A DNA stretch of 64,000 nt from Mustelus asterias (GCF_964213995.1 NC_135810.1:80290001-80354000), one strand, 5' to 3'; shown: positions 13,008 to 26,460, counted from the first letter of the stretch. The notes: generated from the letters alone by a model not told the origin. A program made the numbers and translations.

Positions 13008-14427
13008 TCAGCTGCTGAACTTTCTAAAGGTAAAGGCCTCCTGATCCCAGAGACTTGCAGGTCCAAGGCCCAATCCAGACCTTGCTTGTGATATCACCGG
13101 ATATAAAGGCCTTGGTATGGCACTAAGGGACAGAGGGAATATGCTCGGTTCCCCTTGCCTGGACCTTACTCCTCCTGAAACCTTGTGACCTACAGTGTGT
13201 ACAGACACATTTTTTACTCTGTGATACTTCAAGGGCATCAACATGTGGATGCTGATCCACGTCGCTCTCTTAATGTTCCTGCCAGTTCAGCTCTTCATCA
13301 TCCAAGGAATTCTCAGCCTCCTCCATCTCTCCTTTTGGCAAATGATCTCCCTTTGTCTCCATCTCTCCCTTTAGCAAATGATCTCCCCTTTGAAGTGCCA
13401 GGTTGTACAGGGAGCAGCAGACCATGATTATATGGGAGACCCTCTGTGGAGAGTACGGTTATAGCACCACCTGAAAAATTCAAACATCGGAGGCACATTT
13501 GCAGGATTCCAATGGTTCTGTTCAATTATGGATCTCGTCACACAGTGAGCTATATTGTAGCTTTGTCCAAGGCACTTTGGGACGATGTATGGATGTTGTG
13601 AGCCATCATTCCAGCAGGTACCCCTTATCATCCAGCAGCCAATCCTGTAAGCACCATGGCCCTTTGAATATCTCAGGCACCTGGGAGTGACTCAGGAAGT
13701 AGGAGTCATGGCAACTCCCAGGGTGCCATGCACAAATGTACATGATGTGCTTCTGATGATTGCATTCAAGCTGAACATTGAGGGAATGAAACCCTTTCCT
13801 GTTATTGAAGACCAGGGGCTGCTGCCATGGAGCTTTCAAAGCCGCATGGGTGCAGTTGATCACATCCTGTACTCTAGGAAAGCCTGAGATCACCTTATCG
13901 CAGAAATCCAGCAGCTTGGCTAGCTCCATCCATTGTGAACTTTACATAGCAATGAGTCTTACTATAGAGGACATCCATCATCTCCTTTATACGTTTATGT
14001 CTTAAGGACTGAGAGATGTCACAAAGGTCCCTATGGATCACTGGAACAAGCTACTTGCAAAGAGATTGAGTGCAGCAGTGACCTTCAGGGGCACCGGTAG
14101 AGGATGGCCTCCCAGTCCAAGTAGCATCAGGTCCTCCTGCAGAATGTGGTGGATATGACACACATCTTGACAAACATCGACGGCGCAGCATTATCTCTCA
14201 CTCAGCTCCAAATAGGAAAGGCAGCTCCAGGATGCACTTGGTCAGGACAGTCACCTCTATTGGATGGGTCTGACCTCCTCAACCTTTGATTCTTCTTGGG
14301 GCTCTCCTCAACCACATGCCTCAGGCCAGGTCTCCCCCTGAAGCTGTACTAGATGGAGCCAGGCCCTTTTTCCCTTCTGCAACCTGAGCACTGCCATCAA
14401 GAAGACTGGATTGAGCACAATCTCCAT
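13008..14427 (-). pseudogene. HARBI1-like PIF/Harbinger DDE transposase, frameshifted
   Basis: ORF 13606-13929 has GFPRVQDVINCTH..NRKGFHSLNVQL..PGSCHDS..WLLDDKGY, the diagnostic DDE_Tnp_4 motifs; flanking frames continue with stops and shifts. Confidence 0.88.
13321..13392 (+). repeat. Tandem duplication of about 36 bp
   Basis: CTCCATCTCTCC.TTT.GCAAATGATCTCCC occurs twice. Confidence 0.85.
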
Positions 14428-15789
14428 TCTGCAATCTTCTTTCTTCCTGTGGACAGATAGAGTCAAGAGGTTAATGTCGAATGATCAACTATGGTAGACC
14501 TCACACTCACAGCCAGAAAGCCACTGTCATGCCCTCGTGCTGTGTCTGCGCCACTTGCCCTTCTTTGTTCCCACTTTATAGCTGAGGCACCCCCTCTCAG
14601 ATTATAGATCCCTCAAAAAACACACCAATAACTTGACACCGAATTCCATTGAGGATGGAAGAGGCTTGAGCACAGACATGTTCACCTTCACTTAAAGCAC
14701 CCATGCGATGCCTGATTTGGTTTCAAGGTGAAGCCAACCTTGTACTTTTGGAATGACTGGATGCCCTATGGCCCATGTCAATTGGACAATGCACTGTACG
14801 TGGTTTAATTGATCATCTTGCAGAGAAGTAGCTGCTGTGCTCTCTTACTGGCTGACTGCATCTTCCCTTCTCACATTCCTCTCCTTTTTAAACACTCAAA
14901 TTTAATGCCACCCCAATGACTGCTGCAGTCTCGTGTAAAAGTGTACCATTCGTTAGTGGTTTCAATTTTAACTTCTCAATAAAGTGTTCATGAGTTCGCT
15001 CAACCAAGCCCTGATCTCCATGTTGGGAATAGAATAAGTCCAAATGTGCCCCCGAGAGGACCCTTGAGTCCATCCATAGGCTTCTCACACATTGCCTTGG
15101 GCCACACCCCTCCCCTGTGAAATTGTTTTTCCCATTTTTAGTTTTAAACTGCGTCACTGCTTTGGGGTTTCAAGATGGTAGTTCGACATTTCTTCTTCCA
15201 GACCAGCTTCGATCCTCTCCCTATTACCGTTCACATCCCTCTGATCATCCTGGAACTCCACAATGTGCAGATAGACTTCCCTCTGATAATTCTCCAACCT
15301 CCCCATTAACTCTGGAGCCCACTTTAAGTGTTGTGAACATTCTTACCCTCCCCCCCTCAAGCCCGCCACTGTGGATGTCCCCATACCCTGTGTGGACCTC
15401 TCCTCCTCCTCTTGAAGTTGTGTGCATGGTGACATACAGAGGGGATTACTTCATCCCCAATCCCCACCCATGAGAGCTTCAAGTGTTGCCCCTTTATTCC
15501 ATGTTCACCATTTACAGGCCCCTAACCATGGCCATCCAATCTGCAGCCCAGTCAGATACCCCCAGCGCACATCATTTATATCTGGTTTATTGTTATGATC
15601 CCAGCTGATCATGGACATCTGTACAAGTCAGATTCTCAAGGGTGAACCTGATTTGGAGGACACCAGAGGGGACCATGAAGAGCTTGGAGGCCATCCTTTC
15701 CAGTGTACAAGTACCTGACTGCACTGTAATGGGATGTATCAGATGAATGCAGTGGTGGTGAATATTGAATCCATGGTGGTCGAGGGAAG

Positions 15790-16828
15790 TATTTTGATTG
15801 CAAACAGAGTCTGAGAATGTGCTCTCTGATGGCTTGTCCAGTCTAAAGACTCCCAAATGTATCTTCCCTCCTTTCTTCACTTTCTCCTGCTCCTCCCGTG
15901 GTGAATTCCAGATCCTAGGAGATAATGGCTGGGTCCTCATCATTTTAAGGTTGTGGAGGTCTCAGCAGATTACTTGAACTTTGAAGCCACCTCCAATAGG
16001 TAATGCAGGGCTTGCCCTGTGTGGTCAAGGCAGCTTACGCAGATCAATTATCTGCTCCACACTGTTTCTAGTGGCTCTGTGCCTCTCATCATACACTAGA
16101 TGGTCAGGTGCCAGAAGCTTGTACCACGTTTCCGGGGGTAACCACTATCACTGAGTAGCCAGCCTCTGGAAGCCCTATGATGGTGGGTGTGGCTGACTGG
16201 CACAGGATGAATGCATCAAGGCTTCTGCCAAACATTCACCAACATGATGTTGGTGGAATGGTTGCACATCAACTAAAGGATGATAGGATGGTAGCTCTTG
16301 CAGTTCCTCTATCCATTCCTGTTGTCATGCAGAATTGACATACATGCAGTTAATGCCTCCCTGTACCATCCAGAATTTCTATTCTGGTTAAGGTATGTGC
16401 CCTCCCATGCTTCTTGTGCCTAATAAGGGAGAAAACAATGAACTTTCTGCTTCTGGTGTAGATGTCTTGATAGCTCAAACCAATGATATTTTAGGATATA
16501 CTTGAGATGTTGCCTGCTTCCACCTGGAAAGAGCTGGTGAGAGAAAGAGAATAGAAGTTTAGTGCCAGTGTGATCTTAAAGGCCACTGGTATGAGGCTCC
16601 TGGTCAGGTTGCAGGAGGTGGCACCGTTCAGGGAGTACCTCTTTGTTGAACTTGAGTTATATCAGGCCCTGTTCCTCGGTGAGCTGAGGTAGCAGACAAA
16701 CACTTTACGTCTATTAGATAGGCCCTTCTTTGGAGAACCCTCATTCTCCTTCCCCTCAACAGAATGCTCCTCCTTTGCAGCCTTCTCTCCATTTGCTGGT
16801 CATGTTGCATTGCAACCACAGCCTCCAT
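15790..16828 (-). pseudogene. Second, more decayed HARBI1-like transposase
   Basis: N-terminus MEAVVAMQHDQQMERRLQRR..RR; downstream remnants reading DAFILCQS and GWLLSDSGYP on the minus strand. Confidence 0.65.
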
Positions 16829-17547
16829 ACCTGGGTCATCAAACCTTATGTCATCTGGGATTTTAAATAGCAAGCCAAAACATCTCCAAAAATACAACAT
16901 AATACTTCCACAAACTCAGCCTAAATAGAAATATATCTAAACCTGGTGCTTCAACCTTTATGGAACATTATTGGTGGTGATAGGGATTGGGAAGAGGGAA
17001 TCCTCATCTGGCTGAATGAATATTCCGCTGGGAGTGTTTATCAGAAATCCCTCTGACAAAGTCTTGGAAGTCACGGTCAAAGCGGTTGGAATGACACCAG
17101 CGGTGTAATGGAACCTGATTTCATATGCTTAGTATGGGAAATATTATGCAGAGGCTAAAAGCACATTGCAATTAGTAGCAAGTCCATTAATCTTGCTCTT
17201 GTTTCCTTCTCAAAGCATTACAGTTGCAAAAGGAAAAAAAGATTAAAGAACTGCAAAATAAAATGATGACGATATGAGTTTCAATTGATTAAAAACATTC
17301 CAAAAGCAAAATGAAAAAATTAAACATTTGTAGCAAGCTTTGGGATTTGATATACTGCAGAGATACGTTTTATTCCAATATACTGACATCTCTTTAAATA
17401 CTGAGTACAAAAATCCATGATGATTGTATTAATCATGGACTAATGATATGTAATTTAACTACAGACTTTGAAATAAGATACAACCTTATTTTGTTGGCGC
17501 ATTTCTCTGTTTTGGTTCAGAGAAAAAGGGAATTGTATCTATTTCTT

Positions 17548-17685
17548 AGGCCGGAATGTTGCCGCCGTTCATGCCAGCAGGATTTTCCCATCCCGCCGCA
17601 GTGAACGGAGATTTGGCTGGGTGTGAAATTCTCCGACCTCGCTGCAGTGGGAGCGTGGCGTGAATGGTGGGTAAGATCATGCCCT
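17548..17685. mobile_element. Short Harbinger-like MITE
   Basis: Imperfect TIRs GGCCGGAATGTT / AAGATCATGCCC; CpG-rich island in AT-rich DNA. Confidence 0.5.
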
Positions 17686-17969
17686 CCTGTGTTTCTTGGT
17701 GGATTTTCTTCATTCTGTTACTAAGCTAGTCTAAGCTAGTCCTAAGATCTTCATCCAAAACCCTGTGGAATTCAATTATGCCCGTGTATAATTTTTGGTT
17801 TTCTTCTTTTTTTTCTCCTGAAGCACTTGCTGATAATGTTAATTATCATTTCACTAAGAATTGGAGACAACGAGAGCTATTCAGCTATGCTGGTTGGGGA
17901 TAGAATTGCCAAGTATGATCTTGCCTTTGCCATAAGTCAAGAGAAACAGACCTTTCTGAGCAGGGATCA

Positions 17970-18520
17970 CTGGTCAGAAATCCTGGCCGCGATTGTCCCA
18001 TTGCGACCCGCAACTTCTCTGGCGGGTCGGGGTGAGTGATGCGCATTGCTGACTTTGTTCCGGGATTTGCACATGCGCCTGGAATGCATGCGAATCTCCC
18101 AGATCTGGCGAACAGTCGCCGGTCAGACCACACTGGAAACCGACGGGAAGGCAAGTGGGTACTTTGAATCTTTTTTTAATATGTTTTAAATATCGTTTAA
18201 ATCTAATTATCAGGAACTTACCAGTCCCAATTGTATCTCCCAACCCGCCAGGATTGCCCATTGGGCATCGGGCAGTGCCAAGGGGATGGGGCCTATTGTG
18301 GGTGGGGCCTTGTAGCAATTGATGGGGGTGGGGGATCCCACTGCCACTCTGCAGATAGGATCGGTCTGGGTTGGAGGGAGGACAGTGATTGAGGTGGGCT
18401 GGAGTGGGGGTGGTCTCCGGGGGGGGGGGGGGGGGGGGGGGGGAATGGTGGGGGGTGGGGGCATGCCCCTCTGACCCCAGGGGGTCAGCGGGAGGGGGAT
18501 CTGCCGGGATGAGGGTGCTT
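17970..18520. mobile_element. GC-rich MITE fragment with a long G-run
   Basis: TGGGCATCGGGCAGTGCCAAG and CTGCCACTCTGCA blocks shared with 46272-47597; G-run near 18419-18443. Confidence 0.55.
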
Positions 18521-18569
18521 CAAATATACACAGTCCTGCTTAAACCACACTGAGATTATTGTGAACAAT

Positions 18570-19050
18570 TCGCAACACTACACCTTATGTGTATCCAACC
18601 TTGGAGGGATTGCAGCATAAATTTACCAGGATAATATCAGAATTCCAAGGGATAAATTATGAGGAAAGATTACACAAACTGGGGTTGTATTCCCTGCAAT
18701 TTACAAGGCTAAAGAGTATGGTTTTCAAGAGGGGAAACATAAAGGGTAGATAGAGAGAAAATATTTCTGCTGATTGGGGAGCCTATAACTAGGGGGCATA
18801 GTTTAAAAATTAAAGCCTGCCAGGAAAGACATTTGGAAAGACTTCTACACACAAAGGATGGTAGAAGTTTGGAACTCTATTCCACTAATGGCAATTGATG
18901 CTAGATCAATTATTTAGTTTAAATCTGAGATTGTTGTTGGCCAAAGCTACTCAGACATACGGGGAAAAGGTGGGTGTACGGTATTAGGTCACAGATCAAC
19001 CAGAACAGCCTTGAAAGATTGAATAGTCTATTCCTGTTCCGATGTTCTGA
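18570..19050 (+). mobile_element. Old CR1 3' fragment
   Basis: ATTTACCAGGAT..TATGAGGAAAGATT..ACTAGGGGGCATAG..tail CTATTCCTGTTCCGATG. Confidence 0.75.
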
Positions 19051-19747
19051 TGTCCCAATGTTTATAATCAACAGCAGGAATTCTACTCCATTTTCCCCTT
19101 ACTAACCCAAACACACGAAGATTCATTGTAATATCCTGTCACTGTTAACCCTGCAATCAATGAACCCAGCTACGGCCAGGGATTGTGGTGTCACTTTGGT
19201 TTTGTTAGCTTTCGCTTCTGAGTGAGAAGGTCAAATACCTTTTGAACTAGGCACTGACTATGTTGTTCAACTGTTTAGGACATAAGTTATAAGATTAATG
19301 AGGTAGCAATGCACATTTCAAAGCATTTCTGTTATAACTAACTTGTGACGACATACAAGAGTTCATCTATAATGTATTACCAGCACATGTGAACTTTAGC
19401 ATTTCTAGTTAGGGTTTGATGTTTCTCATGGAGTTCCTGAAGTTCTTTGTGATTGAGGAACAGAAGGGAGACCCAGTGATTTGCACACGTCTCTAAAAAT
19501 CATGGCCACACCCAGGCAAATGGTTAGTTTTTCACAAGGTTCCATGGAGGAATTTCTAGCTTGTGTGATGTACAATGAGGATGATTGATAGGATTGTCTA
19601 TCAATAATGTACTCGCCCTGATTTTCCTTTCCACTGACTCAAATGAACAGAAAGATTGGACAGAATTTGTAACGGGTACTGGGAGCTAATTTGGCCTCAG
19701 TGTTTTATCTCCCAACTGTAAAAGATCTGACCACAGAACCACAGAAA

Positions 19748-21459
19748 TAGAGAAATTATGCTAAATCTATATTGAACCGTGTTCAGACCACACATAGATT
19801 CTTCTGTACTGTCTGGTCGTCATGTTGTGAAAAGTACAGAGAGGCACTGGAGACGCAGAAAAGATTTACAACGATGATGCCAGGATTGCATGAATATGTC
19901 CACAGAATCTCTGAAAATGTTCAATATGTAGGAGCCAAAATTTCTTCCAATTGAACTTAAGCCAACATTTTTGTTCAGAATGAGCAAATTTTGGCATTCC
20001 GTTCTCTATTAAGCTAACCTTTATAATCTAGTCCGTATACTTTTATCATTAAGATCCATTGTAATTAGCCCAACTACCAAAATTACGTACCTGTTGAAGA
20101 GAAAGCTAACTGCAACTTTATTTTCTACTAGAAATATTTTGCTGCATACTTATTCAAAATGATCATAATTTGATCTCCTTTGGCCTTCTTGCACTGTGTC
20201 CTATCCCTAGCCAAGAACATAAGGGGGCATTACCTGCTGATGTTACTTCTAAATAAATCAGTAAAAATTACGCAAGTGCAGGGTGACTGGATAATCTTTT
20301 CGGTAGCTTCCATTCATTCCCATGGGGAAACACTAACTTGTCTTTCCGCAGAATGATTCATAACAAATTGTGGCTTCAAAAATGCCACTGCGTCAACTCT
20401 TGGATGTCATTTTGGTTGGAGATCTAGTTCGATGGGGAAGTTTCACTGATGTTATCAGATGTAACGGCAGCTGTAGCTCCATGTTGTGAGTCATCTACTC
20501 ACAATTATGTTCAGATGTTGAAATTAATTCTGGCTGTCACTGATGAGGAAGTGCATTGACTGCCCAAGTTAATTTCATTTGAGAGGATCATGGTTCTTGG
20601 AGATAAAAGACTTTCATTCGATCAGTCATATTGAAACAGGTACCCTGGGATGAAAATGCAGCGCATTTACCTACAAAAAACGATTCAATTAAGTATACAT
20701 TTACTGTTCAATTATTCTGCTGATTTTCCAGAAATGTAAAGTATTTCATTTTGTACAGTGGGGAATAATACATATGGGAATATAACGTCTTGGGATTCAG
20801 ATAATACTAATGTACAGAATTACATTGAATTGAATGGAATATGCAGAACAAGAACATGCCATTTGGTCCATATGTTGGCATTTATGCTCCACTTAAGTCT
20901 CCTCCCATTCTCCCTTTAACTTTATTAGCATAAGCCTCAATTTCACTTCATTGTCCATACAGAAATTCATGTTGGGTACATTACTCTTCCATATATTTCT
21001 TCCACATATACTTGTTTAACTTCCTTTGAAATGCATCTATACTATGTACCTCAAAGACTTCCTACTGTTGCAAGTTCCACATTTTCACCACTGTCTAGTG
21101 AAGAAGTTTATTTTCCTGTTCAATTTTAGTTGAATTCCCTGCTCAATTTCATGGTGATTGTTTTATATTGATGTCCTCTAAGTTTGTTCTTTGCCACCAA
21201 GCGGAAATACTTGTGTCTAGTGTCTAATCTTCAATTGGCTATCTCTCAAGCCTTCCTTCTCTTTTCAAAAGGAATCAGACCTACTCTGCTTATCTTTTCC
21301 TTGATAGACATAATCATGCAATCCTGGCATCATCGTCGTAAATCTTTTCTGCGCCTCCAGTGCCTCTGTATACTTTTCACAACATGATGACCAGTCAGTA
21401 CAGAAGAATCTATGTGTGGTCTAAACACGGTTCAATATAGGTTTAGCATAATTTCTCTA
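19748..21459. repeat. Inverted duplication 19748-19900 / 21307-21459
   Basis: 153-bp arms are reverse complements and share the private mutations of the old CR1 at 20830-21500. Confidence 0.92.
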
Positions 21460-21500
21460 CTTTTTAGTTCTAACCCTTCAGAAATAAACTCGAGAGCTTG
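20830..21500 (-). mobile_element. Old CR1 3' fragment
   Basis: Minus-strand RT C-terminal motifs and tail near 20840-20870. Confidence 0.65.
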
Positions 21501-21859
21501 TTTTGCCTTTTTTTCTGCATTCTGAAGTTTAGTAATGTTTTGTAATTTATTGCATTCCTCCTCACTCACTTTTCACCTTCCGCTACTCTGATGATGTATT
21601 TATAATATATATATTTTCTGTTTTACATGCAGCTGCCAAAAGATTCTGTTCCTTGCCACGGCTCTGTACGCTCCACCTTTATTCATTAGCCTTATTTGGT
21701 GGCTTACTGAAGGCCTTTAAGAATTCTCAGTGAATTACTTCTACTGCATTACCCATGTCCATCCTCTTTGTTACCCTTTAAATAATTCAGCCTTGGAAAA
21801 TATCAGTCAATGTTTTGGGCTCATGACCTTTTGAAATGGGATTAATTAAAGATTTAACA

Positions 21860-22420
21860 GGTTTTAAGCATGTACAGAGGCAGGGGAAGTGGGCAGGAGA
21901 AGAGAGAAGAAAAGAATGAAAGGGAATATCTGTGATAAGGTCAATCATTTGGCCTTCAAATGTGCCTGACGCTTGTGCCAGCAGCAAATAACTGTGTGTT
22001 TTCGTTGTCGATAAAGGCCCAAGTCTACCTGTCATTTTAGATGTTACAGCAAATACACAAACTTTGGTTTGACATTATGACATTTGACAAAGAGAATGAT
22101 GATCTTACAAGGAAGAATGATGTGGCAACATGATAAACCAAAAAACAAATAATGCGTCGAGAGCAACTGTAAATGATAACAGCAGAACCATTGTAACTAT
22201 TGTCCAAAGAGGTTAGAACAATGGTTACAATCTGAAGTTGTTAAAATCAATGTTGAATGCTGAAGATGGCAAAGTGCCGAATGGAATGATGTGTGCTGTT
22301 CCTTGAGTTTCCATTGAGCTTCAATGGAGCAATGTAAGAGGTTGAGGACAGAGAGGTCAGAGTGGGTGGAACAGCAAATGATCAAAAGCTGAGAGTTATG
22401 CTTACTGACTGAATGGAAAT
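21860..22420 (-). mobile_element. Penelope-like element remnant (GIY-YIG C-terminus)
   Basis: ORF 22197-22385 HSDLSVLNLLHCSIEAQWKLKEQH matches the typical PLE endonuclease C-terminus. Confidence 0.7.
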
Positions 22421-22700
22421 CACAGAATAGTTACAGCACAGAAGGAAGACATTCGGCCCATTGTGTTTGTGCTGGCTCCCTAAAGGAGGAATTCACCTCG
22501 TGTTACTTTGCTTGCCTGTTTCGGGCAGCCCTGCACAATCTCCATTTTCTGATAATAATCCAATTCCCTCTTGAATGCCTCCATTGAAGCTGCCTCCACC
22601 ACACTCTCTGGCAATGCATTCCAGTCCCTAACGACTTGCCTTTGAAAATATCTTTCCTCATGAGACTATTGCTTCTTTTGCAAATACCCTAAATCTGTGT
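22420..22700 (-). mobile_element. Old CR1 3' end
   Basis: ACAGCACAGAAGGA.G.CATTCGGCCCAT tail; TGCCTCCACCAC..GCATTCCAG. Confidence 0.7.
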
Positions 22701-22954
22701 TTGTTCAGGAGGTGTTCAAGATAACAAACACAAGATACGCCGTAGGTGGATGCTACAGCATCAAGCTCTTTAATTATATTGAAATTAATTAAAATTCGTG
22801 GAAATCAGGTTCATGCCTCTGATTTGTGCTGGCGAGATCTCAGTTATCTCAAATCAAAATCTCACCGACCCACATCCCCGTTATGACACTCCTGCGAGGC
22901 TTAGCTCCTCTAAAGGGATTTGCACCCCCAGCTAATGGGGCTGCTAGATTTTGC

Positions 22955-23060
22955 CCGTTAATTCTGTTTCTCTCCACAGGTGCTGCCTGATCTGCTGAGT
23001 TTATCCAGCACTCTCTGTTTATTTCCGATTTCCAGCGTCTGCAGTATTTTGTTTTTATTT
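22955..23060 (+). mobile_element. Penelope-like pLTR 3' fragment
   Basis: CTCTCCACAG.TGCTGCCTGA.CTGCTGAG..TCCAGC..TGCAGTATTTTG, as in 62660-62775. Confidence 0.7.
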
Positions 23061-23175
23061 GAGTGATGGAGCAGCTTGCTGTGAATAAGGTGTGATGCCT
23101 GGTTCTATGTTCTTTATTTGACCAGAGCAAAATTCCGTACCAGCATAATTCTGTTAAAATGAAGTTGTAAGTTAT

Positions 23176-23383
23176 GGGCGGGATTCTCTGACCTTCGCGC
23201 GGCGTCTTCCTTGTGGCGGGAGGCAGCGTGCCGTTGGCCTGTGGTGGGATCTTCTGGTCGCGCTAGTGTCAATGGGATTTCCCATTGACTCCACCCCACA
23301 CCTCTGGGAAACCCGTGGTGAGGGTGCACCATCGGTGGGACCAGAAGATCCCGCCGGTGTGAAGGGTCAGAAAATTCTGGCCC
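23176..23383. mobile_element. Palindromic MITE with nested inverted repeats
   Basis: TIRs GGGCGGGATTCTCTGACCTT / AAGGGTCAGAAAATTCTGGCCC; inner IR GGTGGGATCTTCTGGTC / GACCAGAAGATCCCGCC; core GTCAATGGGATTTCCCATTGAC. Confidence 0.8.
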
Positions 23384-23609
23384 GTGTTGTTGCATTTAAA
23401 TAGTTCAATTTTCCAAAGAGATTGACTTTCTGATGATCTCTTTTCAAACTCAGGGTGTAACCATTCCATCTGCTCAGTTCCATTGGCTATTCAGATAGAC
23501 AGAATTCACATTCTGCACACGGGAACTGCAAATACACAGACAGCAACGATTCAAACTAGATTTTCCCTTAACCAGGATATATATATTTTGTTAAAGCAGT
23601 GAGAGCATG

Positions 23610-24330
23610 GATTACATTCAGAGTAAAGCTGAGCAGGTTGAGTTATACTCACTGGAGTTTAGAGGAATGAGAGTGATCTGATTGAAACATTCAAGCTTCT
23701 GAGGGGACTTGACAGAGTACATGCCAAGAAGCGGGCGGCACAGTGGTGCAGTGGTTAGCACTACTGCCTCACAGCGCCAGGGACCCGGATTCAATTCCGG
23801 CCTCAGGTCACTGTCTGTGCGGAGTTTGCACTTTCTCCCTGTGTCTGTGTGAGTTTCCTCTGGGTGCTCTTGTTTTCTCCCACACTCCAAAGATATACAG
23901 ATTAGGTGGATTGGCCATGCTAAATTGACCCCTAGCTTCAGTGAGATTAACAGGGTAAATACGTGGAGTTACAGGGATAGGGCCTGGGTGGGATTGTTGT
24001 TGGTGCAGGCTTGATGGGCCAAATGGCCTCCTTCTGCACTGTAGGGATTCTATTATTCTAAGATGCTTTCCCTCATGGGGAAATATAGAACCGGGAGCAG
24101 AGTTTTAGAATATCTCATTTAGGATAGAGATGAGGACTCTATTAATCTATGGAATTCTGTTCCCCAGAGAACAGTGGAGGCCATTGTGTATATTCGAGAC
24201 AGATTTCTGATCTACAAGCGTGTCAAGGGTTATGGGGGGAGGTAGGAAAGATCAACTGTGATCTTATTGAATGTTGGAACAGGTTCAGGAATTACCTCTA
24301 TCTGTTCCTATTTTTTATGTTCTTACATCC
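23610..24330 (+). mobile_element. CR1 3' fragment split by a SINE
   Basis: CTGGAGTTTAGAGGAATGAGAG.TGATCT before 23733; continues after 24060 to tail TGTTCCTATTTTTTATGTTCTTA. Confidence 0.75.
23733..24060 (+). mobile_element. HE1-type V-SINE with CR1 tail
   Basis: Full head, body and tail recognisable. Confidence 0.9.
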
Positions 24331-25129
24331 CTAACGTGGTATGCTGCCTTTTTCCGTGCTGACAACATTGAGATTGTGTTCACCAAATTTACTCTACCAA
24401 ATGGCCCGTCATGCGATGAATTAAATTTTTTGGAATCTTCAGCAATATCATGCGCAAATGTTGTGTTTTGGTCTTCTTAAAGCTGTTCTTGTCTGTCAGT
24501 AGGAACAAATTGTCCTTGAAAGACCAGTGAAAAAGCACTTAAGCTAACATTTTGTTGGCAGGAAGTCAGACTTTAATTTGTTTTGCCCCATATTGAAAGC
24601 TTCAGACTGCACTGAATACATGAAATAACAGGAAACCAAATTTGCTGTATTAATGTCGCTGTGATCAGTTCCATTCATTATTATGACAAAAAGGTAAGCG
24701 TTTTTAATAATAGAACACAAACTGCAGTCAGGAATCTACAGATAATAGCTGTTGTTGAATACTATTGTACCAAATGTCTTGTTTATCCAACACAACACCT
24801 CATCATCCTTTTTCTTGGTTTAACACGATGGGTTGGAATTTGATCAGCCCTGGGGCTTTTTTTGGGCATCAAGTTGTCACAGTTCATAGACCTGTCTGCA
24901 CCCATTGAAATCAGGGTGGGCAGGATGACATTTTTTCTACTCACTTCATTCGATCGACAACAGCATTGGGAAAGCAACACCAGCCGTGCTCCCCAACTGC
25001 TCCTTTGCTCTCCAAAGTGCGCACAGCAGGAGGAACCTGCTGCGCCGCTCTCCGGTCACCTGCTACAGCCAGCCTACTCTTCTTGAAGGCAGACTGGATC
25101 TTAAAGAGAAGCCACACTAAATTACGGAG

Positions 25130-26460
25130 CAATATAAATGAGGTGGCAGAGCAAAGATGTGGTGCAAGAGAAGGAGCACCTTGTTTCCTCAGAGGACAAG
25201 GAGGCCATCAAGGACCACCCTCAGAGGGAGTGGGAGCAGGTGGACAAGGATGTCAACTCCTACAGTCTGGACCTGATGACCTGGCAGCATAAGTGTAACC
25301 TAATGGTTCACAGTTTAGATTAGGCCATAAAATAACCCAGAAAACAGTCAGAGAGCTGAAGACCCCAAGCGAGTAGTCATCTTCACATACTATCTTCTAT
25401 CACCACAATACCAACCTCTCACATTGTTTAATGCATCACAACCTTATTACTCACCTACCAGACCCACCAGCACTCCATGGCACTGACGCCTAATATCCCG
25501 ATATTCCCTTGCACCCTCACACACCTACCAATGCTGCCAGTCTCACTCACCTCTTGCTGCTTCCACACAGCTCCAGTTATTCTATGCCAGACATATTACT
25601 CAAAAACATTGCAACATAACCACCAACATCCTTCCCTGGTAGGACAAAGTGACACACCATCAAATGAACAGGGCACAGCCCAGGGCAGGACTAGGACACC
25701 TACAATCCTGAGCCCTGCTGAAGAGATGACTGTCTACAGCATGGAACAGGCTGCAATGGAATCTGTACCATTGGGCCTCACTGAGAACATTGAGGATGTC
25801 AGCATGTTCCTGACTTATTCCCATTCACAACTCTCTCAACCTGCTATTAGACATGATGCAAAAGCTGGTAATGTGTGACCACCATCCCCTTACCCTCACC
25901 TTCCCATCCTTTTTTGTTTATTCATTCATGGGATGTGGACATCACTGGCTGAGCCAACATCTATTGCCCATCCCTAATTGCCCTTGAACTGAGTGGCCAT
26001 TTCAGAGGGCATGTGGATCTGGCATCACATGCAGGGCAGACCAGGTAAGGATGGCAGATGTCTTTCCCTGAGGGAAATTAGTGAAACAATGTGTTTTCAC
26101 AACAATCAACAATGGTTTCATTAGACTTTTAATTCCAGATTTTATTGGATTTGTATTTCACCGCCTGCTGTGGTGGGATTTGAACTCAGATTCCCAAAAC
26201 ATTAGCCCGGGTCTCTGGATTAATAGTCCAGTGACAATACCAGTAGGTTACTGCCTCCCTCAGGTTCCTGCCTTCACACGCACACATGGAGCCTCAGGAG
26301 GAAGAAAAAGAACAATAACACAGCATTAATGAAGAGGCCCTGTCCCCTCTCCTGACACTTGCAATCACCAGCTCAGATAATGGCACTGCATGTATCTTTG
26401 AGGTTAGTATTGAATTAGGAGCAGCACACAGTGAGTAATACAAGAATGAGTGGGTTGCAT
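25130..26460 (+). pseudogene. Decayed multi-exon Myb/SANT-like (NAIF1/MYPOP-type) Harbinger partner gene
   Basis: 25138-25310 REWEQVDKDVNSYSLDLMTWQHKCN resembles the trihelix W..V...VN....R.W..C..K.ND pattern; exon-like blocks near 25642-25800 (ILSPAEE) and 26263-26460. Confidence 0.6.
25915..26259 (-). mobile_element. SacSINE1-like Deu-SINE
   Basis: Homologous to 5968-6317 along its length. Confidence 0.85.

Noticed and set aside
13008-14427. Domesticated host HARBI1 gene
   Set aside because: Multiple stops and frameshifts, altered catalytic motifs and several related copies in the window indicate transposon relics
18419-18462. Long G/C homopolymers (also near 30437, 34316 and 49888) and proline-rich ORFs
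   Set aside because: Low-complexity tracts mostly within MITEs; lengths are prone to sequencing error and the ORFs have no recognisable domain
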